Origin: Phoronis australis
Taxonomy: Eukaryota; Animalia; Phoronida
Direction: 5' to 3'
Length of the DNA stretch: 64,000 nucleotides
Assembly (NCBI GenBank): GCA_002633005.1
Contig: NMRA01000782.1
Coordinates: forward strand, 46,404 to 110,403
Part shown: positions 53,491 through 64,000 of the stretch, one piece after another
Numbering within the stretch: the stretch's first letter is position 1
Layout: each line of letters starts with the position of its first letter
Notes under the pieces: model-generated
What the model saw: the letters and a program-made list of their open reading frames with translations, nothing else
The model's database searches: none
What the model was told of the DNA's origin: nothing
Program-made: the position numbers and the translations under genes

Positions 53491-53649
53491 CAATGGCGGA
53501 TTTAGAGGGGGGCCAAGGGGACCATGCCCCCCCACCAAAACTTTCTCAGATTCCATTCGCCAGTTCGGGGGTGCGAATGTCTGGCGGGCAAAATCCTGGC
53601 TAATACTCTGCCCTGGTCCTCCCACCTAAAAATCCTGGATCTGCCCCTG
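53491..53649. mobile_element. hAT-like MITE, 5-bp target duplication
   Basis: CAATGGCGGATTTAG...CTGGATCTGCCCCTG ends; CATCT flanks both sides. Confidence 0.75.
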
Positions 53650-55874
53650 CATCTCGAGCTATGCTAGTAAAACACGGCTTGCCTCGCGGGCACTGAAACC
53701 GCATTTTACTCGGCTCACACGGGGATTTGCACAAACACGCCGTTCAAAATCTTAAAAGTTTTATTTCAAGATGTTTGAAAGAAAGTATGCAAATTGCACA
53801 TCGAGCTACACATAAACATCTTGGTAAAAATTCCATTCTTGAAGATAACTTTGTCAGTACTAAATTCATCTGCTTATTGCACAGGTGACAGGTCTCCCGT
53901 TTGTGCTGCCACCTATCAGCATGGCTGACAGCTTAGGCACACATATCAGTGTTACTTCGCGGTTGGTAGCCAATCTCCCCCTCAAAGACCTCATGTGCCG
54001 CAAAGATTTTCCCTTTTGTAGGTGAGGGCCAGTTGACTGATTTCAGGGCGGGAAATCTTTCTCCTTAACTCCGCACAGGCGCCTTTTCAGTTCTCGGTTT
54101 TCAAGGCCGAAAAACATTATCATCTTGGAGTCATTATCTTTGATCTGAGCTGTAGAACAACCAGAACCGCTGAAACTGAGATAGATGTCTTTACGCAAAA
54201 CATACTTTGCCATTCATCGAGTGGCGATGACTCCGCGGCCAGTAAAACGTTGGATTGCGACTGCGGTGGTTTCGATTCCGGTTGGGCTACAGGCCAGTAA
54301 ACCATTTTTTCTCTTTGACAGTGACAGTTTACTGCAATTCTTTTCTTACGAACACAAGTTATTTTCTCAGTTCTGTGGTAACTAACTCAATTATTTTTCT
54401 CGCACTAACCAGTTTGAACATATCGTAATAATAGCTTACACCTTCCCATACTGAGTTCATTTATCAGTCAAGAAACGCAAACTAACAGCGTTCAGTCAAA
54501 ATGCCTGTTCGTCCACTTTAAACAATAAATTCATTAATAAATTGCACTTTTTCATCATACCTCAAATTTTAACGTTTCACTATGCCTCATTCCACTCTCG
54601 TGATTTCACAGTTAGTACACAAGTCTATTGTAGCGCCCTGGACGGAGAACTTAGACGGCTCGGAGCTACTCTTACTCGTGATTGTCATAGAAATGACGCC
54701 GCCTAACCAAGCAACGAAGGCTGTGTCTCACAACAAGGGCACATGTAGACTGGTACCCCAATCACAATAATTGTCTTTTACTTCTAATACTAAGTTGATG
54801 TCCGCTGGTATCAGCGTGTTTATAATCTAACTGCCCTCTTATGCGCAATGTTGTTGCGACACCTATCAGGCTAGCCAACTTTCCAAAAATAATAAGGAAT
54901 ACAATACGTTCAGGAAATTTCATTTCTGCTCGCAAGAAGCCGTCTGCGAGCTGGAGGATGGATCGAGGCTAACTAGACGTCCTCATGTACGCCATTTTGT
55001 TCGAAGAATTTCGGTAAATTTCTTGGTTTTTTAAACTTAAACTTTTAAACATATCGCGACTGCAAAATGATAGATATTGAGGAAGTAATTTTTTTCTTTT
55101 GCTTCTGGTACTATGATACACCATCAAGAGCTGGTGAGGTGCTTTCTAATGATACGACTCTTATCAGGAATGCATTTTCTTGGTTGAAAAAGGTGGAGTT
55201 GCGAAAAGCCTAAGTTACAGTAACGAAGATTTTTCCCATTGACCTAGTGTCAGCATAAATTGATCATTCTTCCTAGGGACTTGATTTTTGTATAGTATTG
55301 AAAGCATGAGGTACTTGATCGATTGATCATGTAGAAGTATTTCAACCCCGAAGAAAGGGGGTCCAACGAACCACCCGCCGAAAAGTCCAGCCCCAGCCTA
55401 TCCGTTGAAGATAGGATACACATGTAGACGGGCAACAACAAACATTGTTTCAGCTACTCGTACTGCTAACTACAATGATAACTAAATGAGTAATGATTTT
55501 GAATTTGCTCACGATTCAAAGCGCTTCACGTCATCATCGGGCCGTAGGCTTACCTGGCCAACTTCGCCCCAATAGTGTTTGCATACATGTAGATGACAGG
55601 ACCGTGCAGAAAACGATTTATTTTATTTGTCGGCATTGAACGCACGTGGTGGCTCTAGGGTAACAAGGGAGTCTATAATAAATAAATGCTATACCTAGCT
55701 AGGCTTTATAGCAGCGATAGAGCTCCCACACAGTATTGCGGCGTGCATGCCGTAAAATCTGGTAAAAACTTTGATCAACGAAGAAAGTATTCTCTTGTTA
55801 ATCAGTGTCAATGGTGCACAGCTTTGCAGACTTCAAACGAGCAATAAACTTCAGTTGATGGAAAAGATTTCCAA

Positions 55875-56702
55875 GGCTACATGTCACTATTCCGAAGGTT
55901 CACTCCGAAAGTCCACTATTCCGAAGCTTCTCTACCTTCGAAAGTTCACTATACTTCGAATGTCCATAATTGCGAAACTAGAACTCCCCGACAATTCATT
56001 ACTCTGATTGTCTGCTAATGAGTCGGAACTGAAACGAATAAAGTATTGTATTTGTGTCCATTTAGTAACCAAATACAGGGTGCAAGAGTTAAATAGTTAA
56101 TATATAGATTACAAATGAGCTCAGTTCCAATCACTGTCAGTTGTGATTCTTGAAGTTAACTAACGGCTCATTCTCAAGCAGGAACAAGACCTGGGAGACG
56201 GGTCAGGGCTGCGGCAACCAACGGCGGTATTAAATTTAAGAAGACTGAATGGGAATCTCTGTTTTCGTGAAGACTGGCAGGGATAGTGTAGCCTTCTAAC
56301 TACATTTGGTTTCGACCCGGTCGAGGGCGTGGTTCTGGTGGGTGAGGTTAAGGCGCAGCGGCCCTAATTTTTTCAGTCGCCGCACTGTGAAAGGCTGCGA
56401 TCTTGACATGGATTTAATTAATGTATCGTGGTTGAGAATTCCTACTTCATATTCATTTAAAATGGAAGACTGTACTCATTTTCCGTATTCGTCAGACCTG
56501 TGAGTAATTATGCAAGCAACATGAAATCCAAACAAAGTGTTTTAGTACTTGGGCATTGTCTTCGGTATAGTTACACCACTCGTGCGTCTAATAACCGAAG
56601 TATCGTTCATTTTTGCATATGAAATTGTAAAAACAACACCCGAGTCCGAAATTTTCGATATTTTTGGAGTAGTGAACCTTCGAAGTAGTGAACTTGGGCT
56701 GT
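55875..56702. mobile_element. Non-autonomous DNA element with inverted subterminal ~17-bp repeats (GGTTCACTATTCCGAA)
   Basis: Motif array at 55883-55965 is mirrored at 56665-56695; 56575-56695 is also homologous, inverted, to 1230-1375. Confidence 0.55.
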
Positions 56703-57176
56703 TCCCATTTCCGCGATGTAAGCAACTTAAGTAACACGCAAAAATACAAGCAGATAACAAATTTCTTCACTTCATTCTCTGACTAAATATTTCCGTCTGA
56801 GTATGTAATGAGGTGTATTCAATCATTTAAGCACGATTGGTTTCAAATTGAAAGTTTGGCAGGAGGAAACGCGAGAATGTTCTCTTTTTGCACCACCTTA
56901 CATCCGAATTTGAGTCCCGTTCTTTGCGAGCAACCGTTACGGCATCATCATTTCAGGGTGTCTAATTTCAAGGACATGGAGCTGACAGTCATCGTCCCTT
57001 CACGCTAACTGAGCTGCGTCAAGGGTATAACTGAAAACTCTAAAGTGTCGACGTTTGCAAAATATCAAGTAATGGTGTTAAAGATCGGCCATCACGTGTG
57101 ATTGCTGTATTTTTGCTTATGTCATTGAACACAAGATCAAAACACCTGGAAAAATGATGTGAGCAGGTTTTCAAGT

Positions 57177-58539
57177 AAACAAGAGCAACACACAGCGTTG
57201 CAATTCCCCCACGAATGCACCGCAAACGGTGCGCTTACTGAGGTGTTTATTTCTACCATAAAAATGGCCACTAGATGGCGAAAAATTCGTTGAATCCATC
57301 CGAAAACGGAAACGTGTCGTTGCTTCTTTAATAGCTATTTACCACAGTTCATAAAAATCCGTCAAGGAACTTCAGAGAAACTGAGAAAAACGGAAAAAAA
57401 TGAAATTGCCACTAGGGGGCACAGCGTTGGTCTAATCCATCTGAAAGTCATTCTCCGCTGTCAACTTCATATAAATACACTAACTTGCTAAATTTCATAA
57501 AGATCCTGCAGTGGGGTTAGAAGATACAGCCACAACAGAAAAAACCCACCACAAGGAGGCACCACAGTAGGCGTAGTCATCAGAAAATCATACTTGAGGT
57601 CCTCTTCACACTAAGAACATTATTATTATAATTATGTTAATTTTCATAAACATCCTTAGACTGGTTTGGTTGATAGAGGGGCCGACACCAAAAACAGACT
57701 AGAAAACAGTAACTAGAAAACAAGTAAAAATAGCCAGGCGATTAGATGGCGTAAAATAAGTGGAATCCATTTGAAAATAGGACATGTCACTGTTTCTTTA
57801 ATAGAAAGCTATTAACATGTACCAAATTTCATAAAAAACAATCAAGGAACTTCGGGGAAACAGAGGAAAACCGAAAAAAATGAAATTGCCAGTAAGGGGC
57901 AGAGTGTTCGTTGGATACGTCTGAAAGTCGTCCTCGTCTGTTGGCAACTTCATATAAATACACTTGCTAAATTTAATAAAAATCCTGCAGTGGGTTTAGG
58001 AGACAGGGCTATGGGCGCAAAAAGAACAAAACTGCCACTAGGAGATGCCACAGTAGTCAAAGCCGTTGGAAAATCATCATCGACTGTCTTCTTCATACTA
58101 ACAACATATATCCCAATTTTTACAAACCTACCTAAAAGTGGTTTGGTTGAGAGGGGCGGATGCCCAAAAATAGACTTGAAAACAGTAAAATGACCACTAC
58201 ATGTAAGTGGTGTAAAACACCTCAAATCCATCCAAAAACTGGAGAATAGCGTAATCTCACTAACTGAGGCCTATCTAAAAATTGCTAAGGACCTTTGAAG
58301 ATACAGAGGTAAACGTAAAAAGCTAAAATTGCCACTAAGGGGCACACCGGTTGTCATGTATGTCCGAAATTTGTCCTCATCTCTTGTCAGCTTCATAGGA
58401 ACACATGTGACAAATCTCATCAAGATCCTGTGAAGGGTTTTGGTGATACAGCTGCGGACGCTGGACACCGGACGATGGACGCCCAGACAGAGATGACTGC
58501 AATATGCACCCACATTATACATAAGTGGGCGTATAAAAA
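57177..58539 (-). mobile_element. HINE/DINE-like Helentron-associated element
   Basis: Minus strand 5' TTTTTATACGCCCAC...GTGGGTGCATA, then a CGTCC-type microsatellite, 140-160 bp subrepeats, and a 3' hairpin GCAACGC-TGT-GTGTTGC followed by TCTTGTTT. Confidence 0.8.
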
Positions 58540-59118
58540 GATCGCACCAAAACTGAATGTTTTTGGCAGTGCTTGGATTGAAATGGGATGTTGTAAAGCT
58601 TTATCTCTGATCAACTTGTTTTGCAAAGAACTATGAGGTCAAATTTGCTGCTACTCTGTCAAGACAAATTTTGTGGAATCCAGAAGTTCTGATACAACAC
58701 ACTGCAGGTAGAAAACTTTTTGGTTTGCAAAAATGTTATGTATTTCTTTAACAATAGGGAGAGGAACTGTTACCAACTGACATTGCCAAATAACAATATC
58801 ATGGTACTGTATACAGTCATAGTCCATGACAAAAAAGTGACTATGGACTTAAGTCTGATACATTGCTGGTTTTCAATTTTTGTTACACCTTTGTTATCAA
58901 CAATTTGCATATAAAAATATGTTAAATAACTGGTCTTAAATCAACAATACAATGGGGAACATTAGAGTAGCACAGGTCAAATCATTACCAATCCACACTC
59001 ACTCTCTCAAAAATTGAAAGTACGCTGAACACGAACTGGTTTGATGAGGTAAACACTGAGAAATTGTAGCACTTGACAATCTAACCTCTACAACTGTGGG
59101 GTTTAAGTTATCTAGGCA

Positions 59119-59208
59119 AAAGGTATCCCAGAATATAAAGGTATCCCAGAATATAAAGGTATCCCAGAATATAAAGGTATCCCAGAATGCAAAGTTATCC
59201 CAGAATGT
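59119..59208. repeat. 18-bp minisatellite AAAGGTATCCCAGAATAT, five copies, downstream of the DARS1 stop codon
   Basis: Directly visible; the paralogous site near 30870 has a single unit. Confidence 0.9.
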
Positions 59209-59525
59209 AACCACAATGGATGGGATGATACAGCAGGAATTGCACAGTAATTGCTGGTTCTCTGACATTGCTAAAGGCAACTAAACATGATTGAGGATGC
59301 TAACTTTATGACAGCCACTAGCTGTTTTAGAAACACAATAATACATTTTAGCTAACCATGAGTATCCCAGGCCAAATCCAAACTAACAGGTTTGTTTATA
59401 AATGACAAGTTCAACGCAAAAGTCGTCGAAATATTATTCGTGAAGGCTTAATAAATACACGCACATCACGTGAGAGTTTGATGTCCATCTATAATGCACG
59501 CGGCAGACGAACCAATCGCAGACGT

Positions 59526-59617
59526 TTATGGAGTGAGCCGCTTCGGATCACGGGGAAACATGGAGGTCAAACGGACATTATGAAGCCCCAGGTAGAACAT
59601 GGTCACTCGTTCACAAC
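59526..59617 (-). CDS. DARS1: Cytoplasmic aspartyl-tRNA synthetase, last coding exon
   Basis: gcag|GT TGT GAA CGA... gives [30 protein letters not shown], the canonical DARS1 C-terminus. Confidence 0.93.
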
Positions 59618-60518
59618 CTGCAATATAACATGACAGCTGTCAAAGACATGATGATACAAGAAGCAGGTGTAGAACATAGAGGTCATCATTGGCATTAAAC
59701 ACAGGTTCAACATAAAACAGCAAGCTTTTACTGTTTCAGCAGTGATAGTCTACTCATCCTCTACCCCAACCATGCAATGACTTGCCCTTGAACAAGTTAC
59801 TCTTGGAACGGATTGCCACTAGGTTCAGTAGAAGTGGACGCTATTTTACGCTGGGGTAACCAGACACAGGTATGACAATTTACCCCACCTTATGGAGGTA
59901 GGATTAACTTGTTCTAGGGTAACGTGGCCTAGCATAAGTCGCAGTGTGGGTGCAAACTTGCAGACAAGAAGGAAGTAGTAAGCAACTGTGAGCTTGCTCT
60001 GTTGCGTTGCGTCGACACGGTGTTGAATGTGAAGTGTGAACAAGAGGATGAATGGGGGCAAGTTGCAATATGGGTACATGGTAACATAACTGAGTATTCC
60101 TAGGTCTATTGTAGACAGAGAATAATTGTCTCCACGGAAAATAAATGTTAGATAGGAATGGGAACCATATGCTGATGTGTTCCATGACTCATAATCAGGT
60201 GATAAGTTGCACTGTGACCAAAGCACAGCTGATACACGAAACATGGCTTCCTTGCTATCCTTTTCATTTTTCAATTGAGAACGGAAACACAATGAATTTT
60301 TCATATTTGTGCTTCTCGAGTTTATGCCTTTGCTTATTTATTACATAAAGTAATGCGTACTTCCTGTAACCAACACAGAAGTACTTTGTAAGAGCGGCCA
60401 TGTTGGAATGGGTTCGCTACGTGTGCTAAAGGTACAATCTATTACCTAAAGATTCCTGGAACTGCATTCACATCAAATGCAACACCAAATTACAGTGAAA
60501 TAAGTTCGAGACGGTTTA

Positions 60519-61336
60519 GGACTGTTCCAGTAAAAACCGTGTGGGAGGGGGGGACGGCAGTAGAAATAAAAATAAATGGGTGGTTGTCTTCAGAAAAAAA
60601 TACAGATTATGGGTGGTCGTTCCTGTAAGAAGTGATGCATTAAAAATGAGTGGTATTTTTTTGACCTGTTAATGTTGACAGGTTGGTTACTTCAGCCGTC
60701 AAAACTCAAACAAATGCATATATCCTAACTTATCCCAATACAAAAAGCCCATATTGCCAGTGAACTGAGTGCAATATGTTCACTAAGCCATTAATCAAGT
60801 CATGGGCAACTTGATTTGAGCCAACTGTATGTTTGCAGTCCTATATTGAATTGAAAAGTTATGCAACACTAAACTGGTGTTAACACATATAAGAAAATTG
60901 ATGATTTTTAAATAAAAAGTATGAGGAGTAAGATAAACAAGTTCCAATATTCACTTCACATAGAAGTATAAAAGAATTCGTGGAGACAGTTTGAGATTCA
61001 TAGATCCTTATAAATGAAAAAATGTTCATTGAAATTATAGACACATGGTGAACAGAGACACCTGGTGGCTGCCAAAAGTATTGCTCACAGGCTACTTTAG
61101 TTTTTGACAATATTGGACAAGACAACTAGTTCTTGTCTGTCAATCATCTATTAAGTTCTTAACAGGTCCTCCTGGAGGCAATTTGTTTGCAAGTGTTGGA
61201 TTTTATATTTTAACCTATTAAAAATAATTAAAAAATTATGGGTCATGGGTTGGAGAAATAAATGAAAAATATGGGCGGTGGGTACGAAATAAAAGTGCCT
61301 TACCCCCCTCCCACACAGATTTTGCTGGAACAGCCC
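60519..61336. mobile_element. PIF/Harbinger (Tourist-like) MITE in the DARS1 last intron
   Basis: TIR GGRCTGTTCCAGYAAAAWCYGTGTGGGAGGGG; TTA target duplication; the empty site is visible in the pseudogene intron near 28735-28750. Confidence 0.8.
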
Positions 61337-61630
61337 TTAACACATCAAAAATACAGCCTATGAACTCCAATAGGGACATTATTCAAAAGTTTTCAAAATA
61401 AACAAGGCAAGGTCGATATTTTACAAAGTTTCAACGCACGACAACACAACTAAACATTCAGTTGTCTTCAACCACAACCTGTTACAGTTCTGGCTTAATC
61501 TCAACTTGTAACAAATTGCTCCATTTACTTTTTGTAACAGGCCACAACTTATGTTCCAAGTGAGTCCATTCATTAATAAACAAATAGGGACAGATGGCAA
61601 TGACTTTTCGTTGAACTCTATATTTAGACA

Positions 61631-62797
61631 ACACCGAGCAACGCAGAACATTGAAATGCACCCACGAATGCACCGCAAAGGGTGTGCTTCTGTGGGTGTT
61701 TATTTGTACCGTACCACAAAAGTGGCCACTAGATGGTGCAAAATACGTCGAATCCATTCAAAAACTGGTTTATGTCATCATAGCTTTTACCAAATTTCAT
61801 AAAAATCCATCAAGGAACATCTGAGAAACTGAAGAAAACAAAAAAGTGGAGTTGCCACTAGGAGGCTATGGGCATCAAAATCATAACTGCCACTAGGAGG
61901 CACTACAGTAGTTGAAGTCATCAGATTATCATCGTTAACTGTCCTCTTCACACTAAGAACATATATGTCAATTTTCACAATCATCCTTAGAGTGAGAGTT
62001 GTTGGTTGATAGAGGGGCGGTTGCCAAAACAAACTAAAAAGAGTAAAAATGACCACTAGATGGCAAAAAACATGTTGAATGCATCCGAAAACAGGAGCAT
62101 GTCATCATTTTAATAGAAACTATTTACCAAATTTCAAAAAAAATCCGATAAACAGCTCCAGATAAACAGGAAAACAGAAAAAATGAAGTTGCCACTAGGG
62201 GCACAGTGTTCATTGGATTTGTCTGAAAGTCGTCACCGTTTGTTGTCAACGTCATATAAATACAATTTCTAAATTTAAAAAGATCCTGCAGAGGGTTTAG
62301 GAGATACAATCATTGACGTAAAAATGTCACTAGGAGGCGCCACAGTAGTCAAGGTCCTCGTAAAATCATTATCGGCCCTCCTCTTCACATTAGGAACATA
62401 CATGCCAACTTTGGCCTAGAGTGGTTTGGTTGACAGAGGGGCAGACACCAAAAAAAAAACAAATTCGAAAATAGTAAAAATGGCCAATAGGTGATGCAAA
62501 GAACTTCGAATCCATCCCAAAACAGAGGATAAAGTCAGACATCCATTAGTAAAACTGCCAATTTTTTTTTGAAAATCCATCGAGGACCTCTGTAGACACA
62601 GAGGTGAATGTAAATAAAAATAAAATTGGCACTAAGGGGCACACTGTCTCGTACTCGGAGAGGTCCAAAATTCATCGTCATCCGTTGTCAGCTTCATAGG
62701 AACACATCTGCCAAACCTCATCAAGATCCTGTGAGGGGCTTAGGAGATATATCTGCAGATAACCATAGACCCTGACAGAGATGTGGGTGTATAAAAA
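61631..62797 (-). mobile_element. HINE/DINE-like Helentron-associated element in the DARS1 last intron
   Basis: Same termini and subrepeats as 57177-58539 (CCCACGAATGCACCGCAAA.GGTG.GCTT end; GTGGGTGTATAAAAA end). Confidence 0.75.
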
Positions 62798-63122
62798 TGC
62801 TTTTCTAATGGGCCAGAAGTTTAACTGAACTGCCAAACACCGGTAAGAATTTTGCGTACAATTTGGCAGAGCCTCACAAGGTTCTCTGGAAAAGTCTATC
62901 TAGTTCCTTTACAAAACTACTGTCGCTTATACCTAGAATGTCAACTTCGCCCATTTCAGAACTTGGAACTGTTTCGTTTAAGAAATGCAAAAGCAAAACA
63001 ATTGCTGGCACTGAAATACTACATGTCCCAACGTAATAGCAATAGTACTTGTTAGGCTGGATGTGCACACATAATATCACTTTAAAGACAGTAAGTATCA
63101 CATATAAAAACTTGTCGCTCAC

Positions 63123-63194
63123 CTATACCCCCGCCAGCATGGGGTGGCGCCCCGTATCGGAACGAATCGATGTATGCTTTAATCTTCTCCAGAT
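63123..63194 (-). CDS. DARS1: Cytoplasmic aspartyl-tRNA synthetase, penultimate coding exon (upstream exons lie beyond the window)
   Basis: ttcag|AT CTG GAG AAG ATT... gives (D)[23 protein letters not shown](G)|gtgag; 72 nt and phase-compatible with the last exon. Confidence 0.93.
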   Translation of the reverse strand: MWRRLKHTSIRSDTGRHPMLAGV

Positions 63195-63706
63195 CTGAAG
63201 AACAAAACACAACATTCATCATATATGGGCTTCCATGGCACGATCATGCAATCTGCAAAATTCATGGCCTTGTACCACAAACCCTGGTATAAGCCCACGT
63301 GATTTGAAAACATTCATGTTTCAACTACGGGTGTCTAAAAATATGCGCCAAAGGAATCTCTTTGACGAGGCTGCAACAAGTCACAAGAGAGAATTATGGA
63401 GAGATTGATTTGTCAAGGTTTGGGAGGTAAGAGTGTGTGGGCTTATACCTGAACTGTAGTAGTGATATGTGAGACACATTGAGAGTGGGCTTAAACCAGA
63501 AAATGTGGTTTACCTCAGAATAACCCAAAAGTGAGGGTGAGCTTATACCAAAGGATTGGTGTATATACGATGCTCTAAGACTTGACCACTGATGCGTGTC
63601 AGTGAGTGTACGTGTAAAATACCTGTAGCACTTCCATGTTTGCCACAACCCATTTTGGCTCTTCAGTGCGTTGAGGTTTGAATTTTGCCTCGACGAGTTT
63701 GGCTTA

Positions 63707-63828
63707 CCGTATTCACTCTAATAAGCACCCATGCCCCTATAAGCACCCCCCCACGCATTTTCAGACTTCGCTAAAATGAGCTTCCAGTCCATGAACACTG
63801 TTTACATGCAAAAATGCCTTACCTACAG
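63707..63828 (+). mobile_element. Tc1/mariner-like MITE end inserted at TA
   Basis: TA|CCGTATTCACTCTAATAAGCACCC; homology to the pseudogene intron stops at this TA; same family as 19900-20015. Confidence 0.6.
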
Positions 63829-64000
63829 TTCTAAAATTCTATTTATCAATAAAATGCAACTCCTGAAAAGATCATTGTGTTCGGAATTTGTAGACCATGA
63901 GACTCGCTGGTATGTCGGTATTTAGCCATGACTAAACACTTCAAACTTCCTCCGTGCTTCAAAAAGAACGCAAGTTTTGCTGATCTTGCGAGAGACGTGT

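Noticed and set aside
58999-59284. Repetitive peptides FWDTFI / VSQNIK
   Set aside because: Translations of an 18-bp minisatellite that is single-copy at the paralogous site.
59846-60304. 152-aa ORF
   Set aside because: Lies in the DARS1 last intron, has no recognisable motif, and the frame is not preserved in the paralogous intron.

Overview
Eukaryotic, AT-rich, repeat-dense genomic DNA that looks like an invertebrate animal, with two N gaps (14802-15256, 23389-23986). Host genes: (1) an intact single-coding-exon GT31 beta-1,3-galactosyltransferase-like gene on the minus strand (34986-35984); (2) the last two exons of an apparently intact cytoplasmic aspartyl-tRNA synthetase (DARS1) on the minus strand (63123-63194, 59526-59617), continuing beyond the right edge; (3) an inverted, partial, frameshifted DARS1 duplicate on the plus strand (four exons between 14566 and 30604). 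The rest is a patchwork of transposable elements: a Penelope-like remnant with a minimal hammerhead ribozyme; a Gypsy-type remnant containing both a tiny LTR element with tRNA-derived sequence in its LTRs (Cassandra/Helenus/Ajax-like) and an ISL2EU-like DNA transposon; three Helentron-associated (HINE-like) elements with periodic CTCF-like motifs; hAT-like elements with 5-bp target duplications; 51-88 bp mini-elements with 9-bp target duplications; a Harbinger MITE; a LINE ORF1 remnant; SINE heads; and tandem repeats. Nearly all short ORFs in the supplied track are spurious. All calls come from reading by eye; no searches were run.
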